Shown here: one piece after another, positions 27,616 to 38,980 of the stretch
Layout of the letters: each line of letters opens with the position of its first letter
Position numbering within the stretch: the stretch's first letter is position 1
Source: Ignavibacteria bacterium
Lineage (GTDB): Bacteria > Bacteroidota > Ignavibacteria > Tepidaquicellales > OLB5
DNA length: 64,000 nt
NCBI GenBank assembly: GCA_020852705.1
Contig: JADZAP010000004.1
Span: 81,486 to 145,485 of the forward strand
Direction: 5' to 3'
Program-made: the position numbers and the translations under genes
Notes under the pieces: generated by a model
Databases searched by the model: none
Seen by the model: only the letters and a program-made list of their open reading frames with translations
What the model was told of the DNA's origin: nothing

Positions 27616-30600
27616 CTATGCTGTTTTTCCGTGACAATTTTTATATTTTTTTCCGCTGCCGCAGGGGCAGGGGTCATTTCTGCCAATTTTAGGACCGACT
27701 TTAACAGGCATCTTTTTTACTTCACCCGGCTGATTTTGCAGGTCATCTGACTGTTCGGGTGTCATTTTTAAGCCTACGCCATCAGCATTTGCTTTAATAG
27801 TTGTCATACGCTGAGGCATTTTTTGACGCTGCTGAGGTACTTCAACTTTTTGCTCCTGAGTGGTAAATTTGAATACAAAATTAATAACATCTTTGCTAAT
27901 ATCTTCAAGCATCTGCACAAAGAGTTCAAAACCATCTTTTTTGTATTCAATTAACGGATCTTTTTGACCGTAAGCACGGAAGTTAATACCTTCTTTCAGG
28001 TCATCCATTTCACGCAGATGTTCTTTCCATTTATCATCTATTACAGTCAAAACAGCAAAGCGTTCAATTTGAGCAATAAGCTCGGTTCCGTATTTTTCTT
28101 CTTTGCGTGAATAGTTTTCTTTAACAAGATTAATGATGTATTCTTCTAAACCTTTTTCGCCCTGTTTTTGGAATTCTTCAGGGGTTAAATCCATCAGAAC
28201 TGTAAATGTTCTTTGAATTTCATCTCTTAAACCATCATAGTCGCCATCGGGGTAATATTTTTTAACGGTATTTTCAATATAAGAGGCAGCCATATCAAAA
28301 ATTTCATCTTTAACACGCTCACCCATTAATGCCTGTCTTCTTCTATCGTAAATAACTTCGCGCTGCTGATTCATAACGTTATCATACTCAAGCAATCTTT
28401 TACGGATACCAAAGTTATTTTCTTCAACTTTTTTCTGAGCACGTTCAACTGAATTGGTAATCATAGAGTGCTCAATAGCTTCACCTTCTTCAATGCCTAT
28501 TTTTTCCATTATGCGTGAAATTCTTTCACTGCCAAATAATCTCATCAGGTCATCTTCGAGAGAGAGGAAAAATCTGGAAGAGCCGGGATCACCCTGTCTG
28601 CCTGCACGACCGCGAAGCTGTCTATCAATACGTCTTGCTTCGTGGCGTTCGGTTCCAATTATATGCAAACCGCCAAGCTCAGAAACACCGGGACCGAGTT
28701 TAATATCGGTACCTCTTCCTGCCATATTTGTAGCTATGGTTACTGATGATTTTAAACCTGCATTCTGCACAATTTGCGCTTCGCGCTGATGCTGTTTAGC
28801 ATTAAGAACTTCATGGGCTATCTGTTTACGTTTAAGCATTCTGGAAATTGTTTCAGATACTTCAACAGAAGTTGTACCAACAAGTACAGGTCTGCCAATA
28901 GTTTTCATTTTTTCAATTTCAGCAATAACGGCATTATACTTTTCACGTTTGGTTTTATACACAACATCGTTCATATCATCACGAATGCACTCAACATTTG
29001 TAGGGATAACCACTACATCAAGTTTGTAAATATCAAGAAACTCCCCTGCTTCGGTTTCAGCGGTACCTGTCATACCGGCAAGTTTTTTGTAAAGTCTAAA
29101 ATAATTCTGCAGAGTAACTGTTGCGAGTGTTTGCGTATCTTTTTCAACATGAACACCTTCTTTAGCTTCAATTGCCTGATGAAGACCTTCGGAATATCTT
29201 CTGCCGGGCAGAACGCGTCCGGTGAATTCATCAACAATCATAACTTTGTTATCCTGTACTACATACTCAACATCATTTTCATAAAGTGAATATGCCCTTA
29301 ATAGCTGCTGAACGGTATGGATTCTATCGCTTCTTAAGGAATAAAGCTCACCAAGTTCATCTTTCTTTTTTAATTTATCCTGCTCACTAATACTTGAGTC
29401 ATCTTCAATATGTGCAATTTCAGTACCCATATCAGGAAGGATAAAGAAATCTTTATCTTCGTTTGCAGTTGTTAAAAAGTCACGTCCTTTTTCGGTCAAA
29501 TCAATTGAATGAGCTTTTTCATCAATTGCAAAATACATAACGTCATCAATTTCGGGCATTCTTTTAGCATTATCCCTCAGGAATTCCATTTCAGTTGACT
29601 GCATAAGAGTTTTGTTTGAAGGTTCTGCAAACAGCTTAAGCAGTTTTTTATTTTTGGGGAAGCCGCGATGTGCTCTAAGCAAAGCAACACCTGCCTGGTG
29701 AATTTCATCTTTTGAAGCATCATCACCTTTATTAAGGATTGTTTCGGCTTCACCGGTTATTTTGGCAATCAGTGCTTTTTGAGCATCAACAAGGCGTTTA
29801 ACACGGGGATTCATTTCATTGAATTTATGTTCGCTCAATTCAACGGCACCTGAAATAATAAGCGGCGTTCTTGCTTCATCAATAAGAACTGAGTCAACTT
29901 CATCCACTATAGCATAATTATGCCCGCGCTGCACCATGAACTTTTTATCAACAACCATATTATCGCGGAGGTAATCAAAACCGAACTCATTATTAGTACC
30001 ATAAACAATATCACAAGCATAGGCATCACGGCGTTTATCATTATCCATATCGTTAAGAATAACACCAACGCTTAATGAGTGGAATTTAAAAATTTCACCC
30101 ATCCATTCGCTATCGCGTTTAGCAAGGTAGTCATTAACAGTAATAATATGAACACCTTTGCCTGGTAAAGCATTAAGATAAATGGGCAGAGTGCCAACAA
30201 GAGTTTTACCTTCACCTGTAGCCATTTCAGCAATTTTACCCTGATGCAGTACCATACCGCCAATAAGCTGAACATCAAAAGGTATCATATTCCACTGAAT
30301 TCGCTGACCTGCTGCAAGCCACTCCTTACCGCATAATCTTCTGCATGTTTCTTTAACAACAGCAAATGCCTGCGACAATAACTCGTTTAATGTATCTTCA
30401 ATTATTTCATCAATCTCATTTTCAGTTTTTTCAAGTTCATCATAAATATCTTTTCTTTCTGCTTGTGTGATATCACTTGTAAGTTTTGTACGAAGTTCAA
30501 TAATTTTATCTTCGTGTTCCTGTGTGTTGCTTTTTATAATTTCACGGAATTCAGTAGTTTTAGCTTTTAGTTCGTCATCGCTTAAACTTTGATATTGGCT

Positions 30601-30693
30601 GTATAGCTCGTTAATTTCATCAACGACGGGCATAAGCTCTTTTACATCTTTTTCGTGTTTAGAAGGAAATATTTTTTTTAGAAGTTTAAACAT
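27616..30693 (-). CDS. secA: Preprotein translocase ATPase SecA
   Basis: 1025 aa. Walker [39 protein letters not shown], and C-terminal zinc motif [14 protein letters not shown]. Confidence 0.95.
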   Translation of the reverse strand: MFKLLKKIFPSKHEKDVKELMPVVDEINELYSQYQSLSDDELKAKTTEFREIIKSNTQEHEDKIIELRTKLTSDITQAERKDIYDELEKTENEIDEIIEDTLNELLSQAFAVVKETCRRLCGKEWLAAGQRIQWNMIPFDVQLIGGMVLHQGKIAEMATGEGKTLVGTLPIYLNALPGKGVHIITVNDYLAKRDSEWMGEIFKFHSLSVGVILNDMDNDKRRDAYACDIVYGTNNEFGFDYLRDNMVVDKKFMVQRGHNYAIVDEVDSVLIDEARTPLIISGAVELSEHKFNEMNPRVKRLVDAQKALIAKITGEAETILNKGDDASKDEIHQAGVALLRAHRGFPKNKKLLKLFAEPSNKTLMQSTEMEFLRDNAKRMPEIDDVMYFAIDEKAHSIDLTEKGRDFLTTANEDKDFFILPDMGTEIAHIEDDSSISEQDKLKKKDELGELYSLRSDRIHTVQQLLRAYSLYENDVEYVVQDNKVMIVDEFTGRVLPGRRYSEGLHQAIEAKEGVHVEKDTQTLATVTLQNYFRLYKKLAGMTGTAETEAGEFLDIYKLDVVVIPTNVECIRDDMNDVVYKTKREKYNAVIAEIEKMKTIGRPVLVGTTSVEVSETISRMLKRKQIAHEVLNAKQHQREAQIVQNAGLKSSVTIATNMAGRGTDIKLGPGVSELGGLHIIGTERHEARRIDRQLRGRAGRQGDPGSSRFFLSLEDDLMRLFGSERISRIMEKIGIEEGEAIEHSMITNSVERAQKKVEENNFGIRKRLLEYDNVMNQQREVIYDRRRQALMGERVKDEIFDMAASYIENTVKKYYPDGDYDGLRDEIQRTFTVLMDLTPEEFQKQGEKGLEEYIINLVKENYSRKEEKYGTELIAQIERFAVLTVIDDKWKEHLREMDDLKEGINFRAYGQKDPLIEYKKDGFELFVQMLEDISKDVINFVFKFTTQEQKVEVPQQRQKMPQRMTTIKANADGVGLKMTPEQSDDLQNQPGEVKKMPVKVGPKIGRNDPCPCGSGKKYKNCHGKTA

Positions 30694-30832
30694 TTTATAT
30701 TGAATATGTAACCAAAACTGGAGATAATGATTACAGAAATATTTTAAAACTTTTTAAAATCCTCAAGCTCCAGATTGAGGAAATATTATTAAAATTTAAT
30801 ACAGAGTGAAACCATTAGTTTTTTAATCGGAA

Positions 30833-31378
30833 TTATTTCCATTTAATGCTGCACCCAATTGCATGGATCATTTCAAAATTTATACTTTTACCTGCCAAAA
30901 GCAGGTCAATTGCATTTTCAAGATCTTTACTTTTTACCAAAGTTTCATCTTTCCAGCTGTCATCAATCCTGCCGCGGTAGCGTAGGATACGGTTTTTATC
31001 GTAAAGGTAAACATCAGGGGTACATACAGCATCGTAAGCTTTTGCAACTTCCTGAGTTTTATCATGCAGATAAGGAAAAACAAAACCTTTTTCATTAGCT
31101 CTTTTTTTCATTTCTTCAAAAGAATCTTCGGGATATGTATTGCCATCATTTGGATTAATGCATAATAAGACGAATGACGAGGCGGAATATTTTTTTGCAA
31201 TATTGTTAATTCTGTTTTCAACAGCTTTTACATAGGGACAATGATTGCAGGTAAAAATAATACAAACAACATCTTTGCCGTAATAATCTTTAAGGGCATA
31301 GGTTTTACCATCAACCCCCTTAAGCGAAAAATCATAAGCTTTGGTCCCTATTTTTAGGTCACTTGGAGATACAGCCAT
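30833..31378 (-). CDS. Thioredoxin-fold (AhpC/TSA-like) thiol-disulfide oxidoreductase
   Basis: 181 aa. CNHCPY CxxC motif in a thioredoxin-fold context. Confidence 0.7.
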   Translation of the reverse strand: MAVSPSDLKIGTKAYDFSLKGVDGKTYALKDYYGKDVVCIIFTCNHCPYVKAVENRINNIAKKYSASSFVLLCINPNDGNTYPEDSFEEMKKRANEKGFVFPYLHDKTQEVAKAYDAVCTPDVYLYDKNRILRYRGRIDDSWKDETLVKSKDLENAIDLLLAGKSINFEMIHAIGCSIKWK

Positions 31379-31381
31379 AGT

Positions 31382-31996
31382 TTAATTTTGATAATCAAGT
31401 TTATTGAAAATAATTTCAAATTCCGAATGATTATTTTTATTGTAACAAATAGTATTCAATCCATGCTGATTTGCGGCAGAACAATTTACTTCAAGGTCAT
31501 CAATAAAAATTGATTCTGCAGGATCAATTTCTAAATGTTCAATGGTTTTTTCATAAATAACAGAATCAGGTTTTAAGCATTTTAGCTCATAAGATAATGC
31601 AAATTTATGAAGCAGGTTAACATAATCAAAATTTTTTTTAATAAATTCAAAATGCAGCGGACTTGTGTTAGAGAGCAGAAATAACCGGTATTTATTTTCT
31701 GCAGCAAGTTTTTGCACAAGTTTTTTCATAGCTGTAATTTCACTGAACATATTGTTAAATGCATCTGCATATTCATTAGGTTCCATCTTCAAATCAAGAC
31801 CTTTCAGGCATTTTGAAATGAATTCATCAGTTGAAATTTCGCCTGATTCGTAACCTAATAGTCTATATGCTCCGCCTTTAAAAAAATTGTTATAAGTATT
31901 TGTGCTAACTCCGTTGGCATTAAGCAAATTAATAAATCTTTCGTACTCAACATTAACAAGCACACTGCCAAGATCAAAAATTATATTCTTTATCAA
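31382..31996 (-). CDS. HAD-superfamily hydrolase
   Basis: 204 aa. N-terminal IIFDLGSVL (DxG variant of HAD motif I), LLSNT (motif II), FIDD (motif IV). Confidence 0.7.
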   Translation of the reverse strand: MIKNIIFDLGSVLVNVEYERFINLLNANGVSTNTYNNFFKGGAYRLLGYESGEISTDEFISKCLKGLDLKMEPNEYADAFNNMFSEITAMKKLVQKLAAENKYRLFLLSNTSPLHFEFIKKNFDYVNLLHKFALSYELKCLKPDSVIYEKTIEHLEIDPAESIFIDDLEVNCSAANQHGLNTICYNKNNHSEFEIIFNKLDYQN

Positions 31997-32007
31997 AAAT
32001 TATAAAG

Positions 32008-32532
32008 CTAATTTAATTTATATTTTTCTTCGAGCTTCAGCAAAAACCTTTTCATTTTCAAACCGCCGCCGTATCCGCCAATAGAACCGTTCTTTGAAAT
32101 TACCCTGTGACATGGAATAATAACAGGAACGGGGTTGAGGGCACAGGCGGTAGCTGCTGCCCTGATTGCTTTGGGATTGCCTGTATTTTTTGCAAGTTTG
32201 CTGTATGATATAGTTTCACCATATTCAGTTTCTGACAAAGCCTGCCATGCCGAAAGTCTGAAGGAAGGACCTATTAAATGAACAGTTAGAGTAAAATACC
32301 TGCGCTTACCTGAAAAGTATTCTTTAACCTGATTTATTTCTTGTAATAATTTTTTGATATTTTTTATTACAGGAACATTTGGCAAGGATTCATTTTCAAT
32401 CATTTTATTGATTTTGTGCAAAAACTCCGATTCATTATCATTTAACTCAATGAGAAATATACCAACATCATCTTTAGCAATAAAAAAATATCGTTTTAGC
32501 TGAAAAACGTAAAATTTTGAATAAAAAATCAT
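32008..32532 (-). CDS. ogt: Methylated-DNA--protein-cysteine methyltransferase
   Basis: 174 aa. Active site IPCHRV, a YGGG motif, and the helix-turn-helix region ISYSKLA. Confidence 0.8.
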   Translation of the reverse strand: MIFYSKFYVFQLKRYFFIAKDDVGIFLIELNDNESEFLHKINKMIENESLPNVPVIKNIKKLLQEINQVKEYFSGKRRYFTLTVHLIGPSFRLSAWQALSETEYGETISYSKLAKNTGNPKAIRAAATACALNPVPVIIPCHRVISKNGSIGGYGGGLKMKRFLLKLEEKYKLN

Positions 32533-32609
32533 TATTTACCAGAAAAATAATATAAATTTACTAATAATTTTATTTAAGTATAAGATATTAAAATTTCTCA
32601 AAATACTAT

Positions 32610-32642
32610 AAAAAAAACCGCCTTTGCAGAACAAAAGCGGTT
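32610..32642 (-). terminator. Rho-independent terminator after the SBBP-repeat gene 32664-34319
   Basis: On the minus strand, accgcttttgttctgcaaaggcggt forms a hairpin (9 of 10 bp) followed by a T8 run. Confidence 0.55.
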
Positions 32643-32663
32643 TAGTGATAAAAATAATTAATG

Positions 32664-34319
32664 TTATTTTGTAAGAATCATTTTCATAGTTTTGCTGTAT
32701 CCATTAGCAGAAATGCTGTAGAAGTAAATACCGCTAGCAAATCCGGAAGCATTCCAGTTAACTTTGTATTCACCTGCAGTAAGCGTACCATTTACAAGAT
32801 TTTCAATTTCTCTGCCTAAAATATCATAAACGGATATTTTAACGAATGAAGATTTAGGAATATCAAATCTGATAGAAGTAACCGGATTGAATGGATTAGG
32901 ATAATTTTGCTGAATGTTGTAATTTAAAGGAACTTGATTTGATACAGGTTCAACAGAATTAAACATATCATATCTCAGGGTATAGAAATTTGAAGGAGTG
33001 CCTGAAAAACTTGCAGTCCCTGTTACAAAAATTTTATTAGTATCCTGTACATAAATACCGGATGCAAAATCATTACCGCTTGCAGAGCCATTTTCCCTTA
33101 TTTGCCATTTAAAATTACCATTGGTAGTATATGCAATTGTTAAATAATCATATCCTGTACCGGAACCTATACTTGAACCGGTAACAAAAACATTATTTGA
33201 TGCATTATCATAGGCAATTGAACAAGAAAAATCGCTGCCTGCATCGGTAGTTCTTTGAACCCATTGCTGAGTTAAACCGGAATTATATTTTATCGTAGCA
33301 TAATCATAGCCGGTAGTTAATGATGTAGAGTAACCTGTAATATAAATATTATTATTTGCATCTTTTGTCATAGCAGTAGCAATATCAATGCTGGCTGCAG
33401 GTCCGTTATAACTAGCAGCAGCAACGCTATCCCCGGTTGAAGCAGCATACTTAATAGTCATGTAATCCTGATTACCCTGAAATTTAAAACTGTATCCGGA
33501 AACAATTACATTTGCAGCGGAATTATCCAGAATAATAGCATTTATAACGTCATCATTATTAAGAGTACCATTATATTTTTTAGCCCAGTTAACAGTACCA
33601 CCGCTATGGATTCCAATTGTAAGATAATTAAAACCGCCAGCAGAACCGGTACCTGATTTACCGCCTGCAAAAACATTTCCAGAACCATCAACGGTTATGG
33701 CATTCACCTGATCAAATGCAGCAGATAAGCCACCGGTATAAACACAGGGCCATCCAGAAACCATATTGCCTGAGGCATCATATTTTAAAATTGTAAATTT
33801 TTGGGAACCTCCGACATCACTTCTGCCTGCCGAATAAACATTTCCTGAACCATCAACAGTAATAGCTAAGCCATAATCTCCGCCGTTACCTATACCATTA
33901 TATGTTTTAACCCATAATCTATTTCCGGTTGCAGCATCATATTTAATAGTAATAATATCCCGGCTGGGAACAAAAGACCATCCTGTAACATAAACTGCAT
34001 TATTATCCGAAGTAATTGCACTTACTTTATCTTCCAGATTAGTAGGACCGCTATATCTGTTTACCCAGATAGTATCACCAGTTACAGGATTATACCTGAC
34101 TGTTACAATATCAGCACTTGTGCCGGTGCCTAAGCTCCATCCGGTAACAAAAACGTTGCCGTTTGAATTTACGGAAATACCAATAGCAGAATCCTGAAGG
34201 TTAGAAGGTCCGTTGTATGCTTTTGACCAAACTGTAACAGGTTGAGAAAATATATTTACAGAAAAAATAAACAGCATTACAGCAACGGCAATAAGTGAAT
34301 TTGATAAAGATTTTTTCAT
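32664..34319 (-). CDS. SBBP (beta-propeller) repeat protein with T9SS C-terminal sorting domain
   Basis: 551 aa with a signal peptide. About 9 repeats of the GxxxD/Y..T(I/V)(K/R)Y(N/D)..G...W type. C-terminal QNYPNPFNPVTSIRFDIP... tail. Confidence 0.8.
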   Translation of the reverse strand: MKKSLSNSLIAVAVMLFIFSVNIFSQPVTVWSKAYNGPSNLQDSAIGISVNSNGNVFVTGWSLGTGTSADIVTVRYNPVTGDTIWVNRYSGPTNLEDKVSAITSDNNAVYVTGWSFVPSRDIITIKYDAATGNRLWVKTYNGIGNGGDYGLAITVDGSGNVYSAGRSDVGGSQKFTILKYDASGNMVSGWPCVYTGGLSAAFDQVNAITVDGSGNVFAGGKSGTGSAGGFNYLTIGIHSGGTVNWAKKYNGTLNNDDVINAIILDNSAANVIVSGYSFKFQGNQDYMTIKYAASTGDSVAAASYNGPAASIDIATAMTKDANNNIYITGYSTSLTTGYDYATIKYNSGLTQQWVQRTTDAGSDFSCSIAYDNASNNVFVTGSSIGSGTGYDYLTIAYTTNGNFKWQIRENGSASGNDFASGIYVQDTNKIFVTGTASFSGTPSNFYTLRYDMFNSVEPVSNQVPLNYNIQQNYPNPFNPVTSIRFDIPKSSFVKISVYDILGREIENLVNGTLTAGEYKVNWNASGFASGIYFYSISANGYSKTMKMILTK

Positions 34320-34539
34320 GTGAATTGATATTAAAATTTCAAATTAAACGCTTTAAGATACTTGACTTACGGTACTACATCAATACCGTATTGCGGTGAT
34401 ATAATATTTTTTAAAATAAAATTAAACAGATTATTATGTTAATATATAAAATTTATGAAAGAATTACAATATATGAATAAAAATGATACTTTTAGTCCAT
34501 ATTGTAAACTAACACAATATGTTTAAAAAAAGTTTTAAT

Positions 34540-34568
34540 AAAAAAGCCGAGGCATTAACCCCGGCTTA
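34540..34568 (-). terminator. Rho-independent terminator after the SBBP-repeat gene 34597-36255
   Basis: On the minus strand, aagccggggttaatgcctcggctt forms a hairpin followed by TTTTT. Confidence 0.6.
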
Positions 34569-34596
34569 AAACAGCATAGATTTTTTTAAATTAAGT

Positions 34597-36255
34597 TTAT
34601 TTTATTAAAATCATTTTTTTAGCTGCAGAAAAATTACCTGAATGAAGTTTATAAAAATATACTCCGCTGGAAAATCCAGAAAGATCAATGCTATACTCAT
34701 AATAAGCCGCCGCAAGATTACCCAGTTTGAATACTTTGATTAAATTTCCCGAAATATCGTAAATTTTTATTTCAGTATAATTTTGTATTGGGATTGAAAA
34801 CTTAATCTTTGTAGAAGGATTGAAAGGATTTGGGTAATTTTGCCAAAGACTGAATTTATCAGGAATCTGACTGTTAACAGGTTCTATGCCAACTAAATTT
34901 CCATATTTTAAAGTAGCATAATCATAATTGCTGCCAACTCCTATACTTCTTCCGGTAACATAAACATTCCCAATATCATCAGCAACCACACTTGTACTGT
35001 AATCATTGCTGTTTCCTGTGCCGTTATATGACATAATCCACTGTGCAACGCCAGAGGAGTTATATTTAATAGTAACATAATCATCAGAACCTGCACCTTT
35101 ACTGCTTCCGCTGATATAAACATTCAGGCTATTATCAACAAAAACTGTTCTGGAAACATCAACTGAATTGTTTGGTCCGTTATAGAAAACAGTCCATTGA
35201 ATAACTCCATTTTTATCAAATTTTACAGTAGCATAATTAGAATCAGGTATTGTACCCATAATTTGAGTTGTTACACCGGTTAAATAAATATTATTCATAG
35301 CATCAACTGTCATAGCCGTTGCAATATCAGTAAAATGTGAAGTTCCGTCATATTGCGCTTCCCAAATTAAGTTACCCGAGGAGTTATATTTTAAAACCAA
35401 GAAATTATATCCCTGAGCTGACCCCATATCAACAAAACCACCTGCAACGATATTATTTTCACTATCAACTTTTAATCCCACTACAGCATCGCCCCCATTA
35501 CCCGCACCGTTATATCTTTTTTGCCACTGCATTACTCCGCTGCTGTTATATTTTATAACCATAAAATCTAAACCGGAGTTAGCTCCGATACTGCAGCCGC
35601 CAACGTAAATATTTCCTGCAGCATCACAATCAAGACTGACAATATAATCATCTGTATTACCTGTGCCGTTATACAGAGTCTTCCACGCCTCAGTGCCATC
35701 TGAATTATATTTAATAGTAATAAAATCAGAACCGGAACCTGTACTTGTAGTTTTACCGCTAACAATAACTGAACCATCACTTAAAACTTTTATAGACCTG
35801 CCTTCATCAAATAAGTTTGCAGTACCGTTAAATCTGGCAAACCACTGCTGTACCCCGGAAGAATTATACTTAATAGTAACAATATCAGCAGATGTTGTTC
35901 CATAATCAACTCTTCCGGTAACATAAATATTTCCAGAATTATCGATTGCCAATGCATTGGAATAATCTCCACCATTGATTGGTCCGTTAAATGATGCTTC
36001 CCATAAAATATTTCCAAGCGAGTTATATTTTATGGTTTTGTAATCTTTACCGGTTCCGGCACCTGTTGAATAACCGGTTACAATAATGTTACCAGCCGGA
36101 TCCAATGCTACAGTATAAGCCATATCAAGTGAATTACCAGCACCATTAAACCTTGAGCTCCATTCAAGCCCAATAGAAAAACTTTGTGTAACGTAAATGA
36201 ATATAAATAGAAGTGAAATTAGTAGTTTATTCATCTTTATCCCCCTTTTCCGCAA
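34597..36255 (-). CDS. SBBP (beta-propeller) repeat protein with T9SS C-terminal sorting domain (paralog of 32664-34319)
   Basis: 552 aa with the same repeat architecture (D(Y/F)xT(I/V)KYNSSG..QW). C-terminal QNYPNPFNPSTKIKFSIP... tail. Confidence 0.8.
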   Translation of the reverse strand: MRKRGIKMNKLLISLLFIFIYVTQSFSIGLEWSSRFNGAGNSLDMAYTVALDPAGNIIVTGYSTGAGTGKDYKTIKYNSLGNILWEASFNGPINGGDYSNALAIDNSGNIYVTGRVDYGTTSADIVTIKYNSSGVQQWFARFNGTANLFDEGRSIKVLSDGSVIVSGKTTSTGSGSDFITIKYNSDGTEAWKTLYNGTGNTDDYIVSLDCDAAGNIYVGGCSIGANSGLDFMVIKYNSSGVMQWQKRYNGAGNGGDAVVGLKVDSENNIVAGGFVDMGSAQGYNFLVLKYNSSGNLIWEAQYDGTSHFTDIATAMTVDAMNNIYLTGVTTQIMGTIPDSNYATVKFDKNGVIQWTVFYNGPNNSVDVSRTVFVDNSLNVYISGSSKGAGSDDYVTIKYNSSGVAQWIMSYNGTGNSNDYSTSVVADDIGNVYVTGRSIGVGSNYDYATLKYGNLVGIEPVNSQIPDKFSLWQNYPNPFNPSTKIKFSIPIQNYTEIKIYDISGNLIKVFKLGNLAAAYYEYSIDLSGFSSGVYFYKLHSGNFSAAKKMILIK

Positions 36256-36433
36256 GTTTGCAGAATTTTTATTGATGAAATAAAATAATTTATATTAAAA
36301 TACATAACTATAATCACTATGTCAATCATTATTATAGTTAGTGTTTATAGCTATATGCCTGCTTACATAAATTTTCGTTTTACTTAAAATAATTGTAAAT
36401 TTGTAATAAATTATACATAATATTATATAAAAA

Positions 36434-38197
36434 TTGAAAAATATAAAATTTCTGTCATTCTTTTTGATACCGGTAATAGTTTTTATTATTATATTTTTAA
36501 TGCAATCCAATAACTGTGCTCAAGCAGAAGATATAGCTGAGATAAAAAATATTTTTAATAAACAAAAAAACAGCAAACTTATTAAATTAAAGCTTAGTCA
36601 AATGACCCTTAGAGAAAAAATAGCACAGATGGTTATTTCAAGCATAGTGCCTGAAAATTTAAATGAAGGGTCTTCAGAATTCAGGAAAATTAAAAAACTT
36701 TGTACTGAAACTAAAGTTGGCGGATTCATTTTTTTTAAAGGAAGTTCTGATGATTATGTAAGAATTGCAAACAAAATCCAATCGTTAAGCAGCACACCAT
36801 TATTAATAAGTGCAGATTTTGAACGCGGCACCAGAATGCGAGTTACAGATGGTGCAGTGTTTCCAACAAACATGGCAATAGGTGCAGCGGGTAATTATGA
36901 TTTAGCATACAAAATGGGACTTGAGGTTGCAAGGGAAACAAGACTACTGGGAGTTCACCAAAATTATGCTCCTGTATGCGATGTGAACAATAATCCAAAC
37001 AACCCGATAATTAATGTTAGATCATTTGGAGAGGATCCGCAGCTTGTTTCAAAAATGTCTGAGGCAATGATAAAAGGGCTGCAGGATGGAAAAGTTATTG
37101 CAACAGCAAAACATTTTCCGGGACATGGCGATACAGAAATTGATTCGCACAATGATTTACCTCAATTGAATTTTACAATGGATAGAATGAATACAGTTGA
37201 ACTTATCCCATTTAAAAATGCAATTGAGCACAATGTAATGTCAATAATGATAGCACACCTTGCATTTCCTGAACTAGAAAGTACGCCAAATATACCGGCA
37301 TCACTTTCACCGGCTATAGTGCAGGGTTTGCTTATTGATAAATTGGGTTTTAACGGTCTGGTAGTAACTGATGCTTTGAATATGAAAGGTATTACGAAAT
37401 ATTTTTCAACAAGTGAGGTTGCAGTTATGTGTGTAAAAGCGGGAATTGATTTAATCCTGATGCCATTAAATGAAGAGACAACAATAAATGCAATTGAAAA
37501 TGCTGTAAACAACGGTGAGATATCTGAGGAAAGAATAAACCGTTCTGCAGAAAAAATTTTAAAGACAAAAGAGTGGCTTGGTTTATTTGATAATTCAGCT
37601 GTGGACGAAACAAATATCAGTACAAATATAAATACATTAGGGGCAAATGAACTTGCCCAGCAAATAGCGGATGAATCAATAACACTTGTTAAAGATGAGA
37701 ATAATTTTCTGCCATTAAATGAAAAATCAGACGGCAATACCGCAATAATAATTATCAGTGAAGGAGGGCAGCAGGATAATACATCATATCTGAATGAGAT
37801 CTCAACTGATTATTTTAAGAATAACCGAATTTTTACAGCAGGAACATCTGCTGAGCTTACGGGTGACTTATCGGGATTCAGCAAATATGACAATATTATA
37901 ATTGCTGTTTATGCAAAGGTAAGATTTGGTACCGGCAAAATTTCAATAAGCAGAGAAAATATAGACCTGATAAATAAGCTAAAAGATATAAACAAAAATG
38001 CTGCATTATTATCATTAGGTAACCCATATTTGCTGAAAGAATTTCCGTCAATTCCTGCATATATATGCGCATACGGTGATTCAGATTTTTCCATAAAAGC
38101 ATCTTTAAGGGCAATTACAGGTAAAATTAAATTCAAAGGAAAATTACCTGTTACCATTAATGATTCGTATAAATACGGAACTTCAATTTTGAAATAA
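36434..38197 (+). CDS. Glycoside hydrolase family 3 protein (NagZ-like beta-N-acetylhexosaminidase) with extra C-terminal domain
   Basis: 587 aa with a TTG start. N-terminal TM/signal, then GH3 motifs KHFPGHGDT and VVTDAL. Confidence 0.85.
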   Translation: MKNIKFLSFFLIPVIVFIIIFLMQSNNCAQAEDIAEIKNIFNKQKNSKLIKLKLSQMTLREKIAQMVISSIVPENLNEGSSEFRKIKKLCTETKVGGFIFFKGSSDDYVRIANKIQSLSSTPLLISADFERGTRMRVTDGAVFPTNMAIGAAGNYDLAYKMGLEVARETRLLGVHQNYAPVCDVNNNPNNPIINVRSFGEDPQLVSKMSEAMIKGLQDGKVIATAKHFPGHGDTEIDSHNDLPQLNFTMDRMNTVELIPFKNAIEHNVMSIMIAHLAFPELESTPNIPASLSPAIVQGLLIDKLGFNGLVVTDALNMKGITKYFSTSEVAVMCVKAGIDLILMPLNEETTINAIENAVNNGEISEERINRSAEKILKTKEWLGLFDNSAVDETNISTNINTLGANELAQQIADESITLVKDENNFLPLNEKSDGNTAIIIISEGGQQDNTSYLNEISTDYFKNNRIFTAGTSAELTGDLSGFSKYDNIIIAVYAKVRFGTGKISISRENIDLINKLKDINKNAALLSLGNPYLLKEFPSIPAYICAYGDSDFSIKASLRAITGKIKFKGKLPVTINDSYKYGTSILK

Positions 38198-38296
38198 AAT
38201 ATTTAAAATTAATTATCAGAACGTTAGTGCGGAATAATATTACTCTTTATTGGTATTATATTTGCCAGCAAAGGTGCCATTCAATAAGGAAGGATA

Positions 38297-38980
38297 ATGA
38301 TGAAATACAAGCTTAAATTATTATTTGTTTTAACGGTATTTTTATTTTCATTTTTTATAAATTTAGCAGGATGTGTTAATTATGATCAGAATACAACTAT
38401 AAATGAAGATGGTTCCGGTTCAATGAAGATACATTATTGGAGCAGTATGAAGAATTTTTCGATGGGTACAGCTTTGGGGAAATTTGAGTTTGATGAAGAA
38501 AAAGCGAAAGACAAATATAAAAGTTCAAATACAGAAGTAACCAATATTAAAGTTGAAGATAAGTTAGACGACTCAACTAAAAATGTTTTTATAGAACTGA
38601 CATTTAAGGATATAAATAAATTAAACGATGCAAAAGGATTTGAGAGTGTAAAAGTAACATGGAAGGAAGTAACAGACGGCATGGAGCTTAAATACACACT
38701 GCTTATGGATACAACAGCTGCAAAAAATATCAGCGCAAGTAACTATACGATTACGTATGAGTTTAAAATGCCCTCAGAGGTAGTTTCAACAAACGGCACA
38801 AAAGATGGACAGACAATAAAATATAACTATTCCTTAGCTGATTTAAGCAAAGATATAGAAATGATAACAGTAGTAAAAAAATCAGACAGTAAATTTTGCG
38901 GACTTTTTGGAATAATTGCAGGATCAACGTTAATTGGATTTTCTTTTTACTCACAAAGAAGAAAAAGAAAAAATACATAA
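38297..38980 (+). CDS. Hypothetical lipoprotein with C-terminal motif-TM-basic tripartite tail
   Basis: 227 aa. N-terminal lipobox INLAGC. The C-terminus KFCGLFGIIAGSTLIGFSFYSQRRKRKNT is a short motif, a hydrophobic helix and a basic cluster. Confidence 0.6.
   Translation: MMKYKLKLLFVLTVFLFSFFINLAGCVNYDQNTTINEDGSGSMKIHYWSSMKNFSMGTALGKFEFDEEKAKDKYKSSNTEVTNIKVEDKLDDSTKNVFIELTFKDINKLNDAKGFESVKVTWKEVTDGMELKYTLLMDTTAAKNISASNYTITYEFKMPSEVVSTNGTKDGQTIKYNYSLADLSKDIEMITVVKKSDSKFCGLFGIIAGSTLIGFSFYSQRRKRKNT

Noticed and set aside
37162-37737. 191-aa minus-strand ORF, plus many other 60-170-aa antisense ORFs in the track (for example 804-1028, 4605-5126, 24097-24507, 28454-29289, 42813-43178, 54213-55052, 55177-55488).
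   Set aside because: Each lies entirely inside, and antisense to, a well-supported gene (GH3, copB, secA, pruA, hslU, hslV and others). Their translations are low-complexity S/F/L/I-rich, as expected for shadow ORFs in AT-rich DNA.
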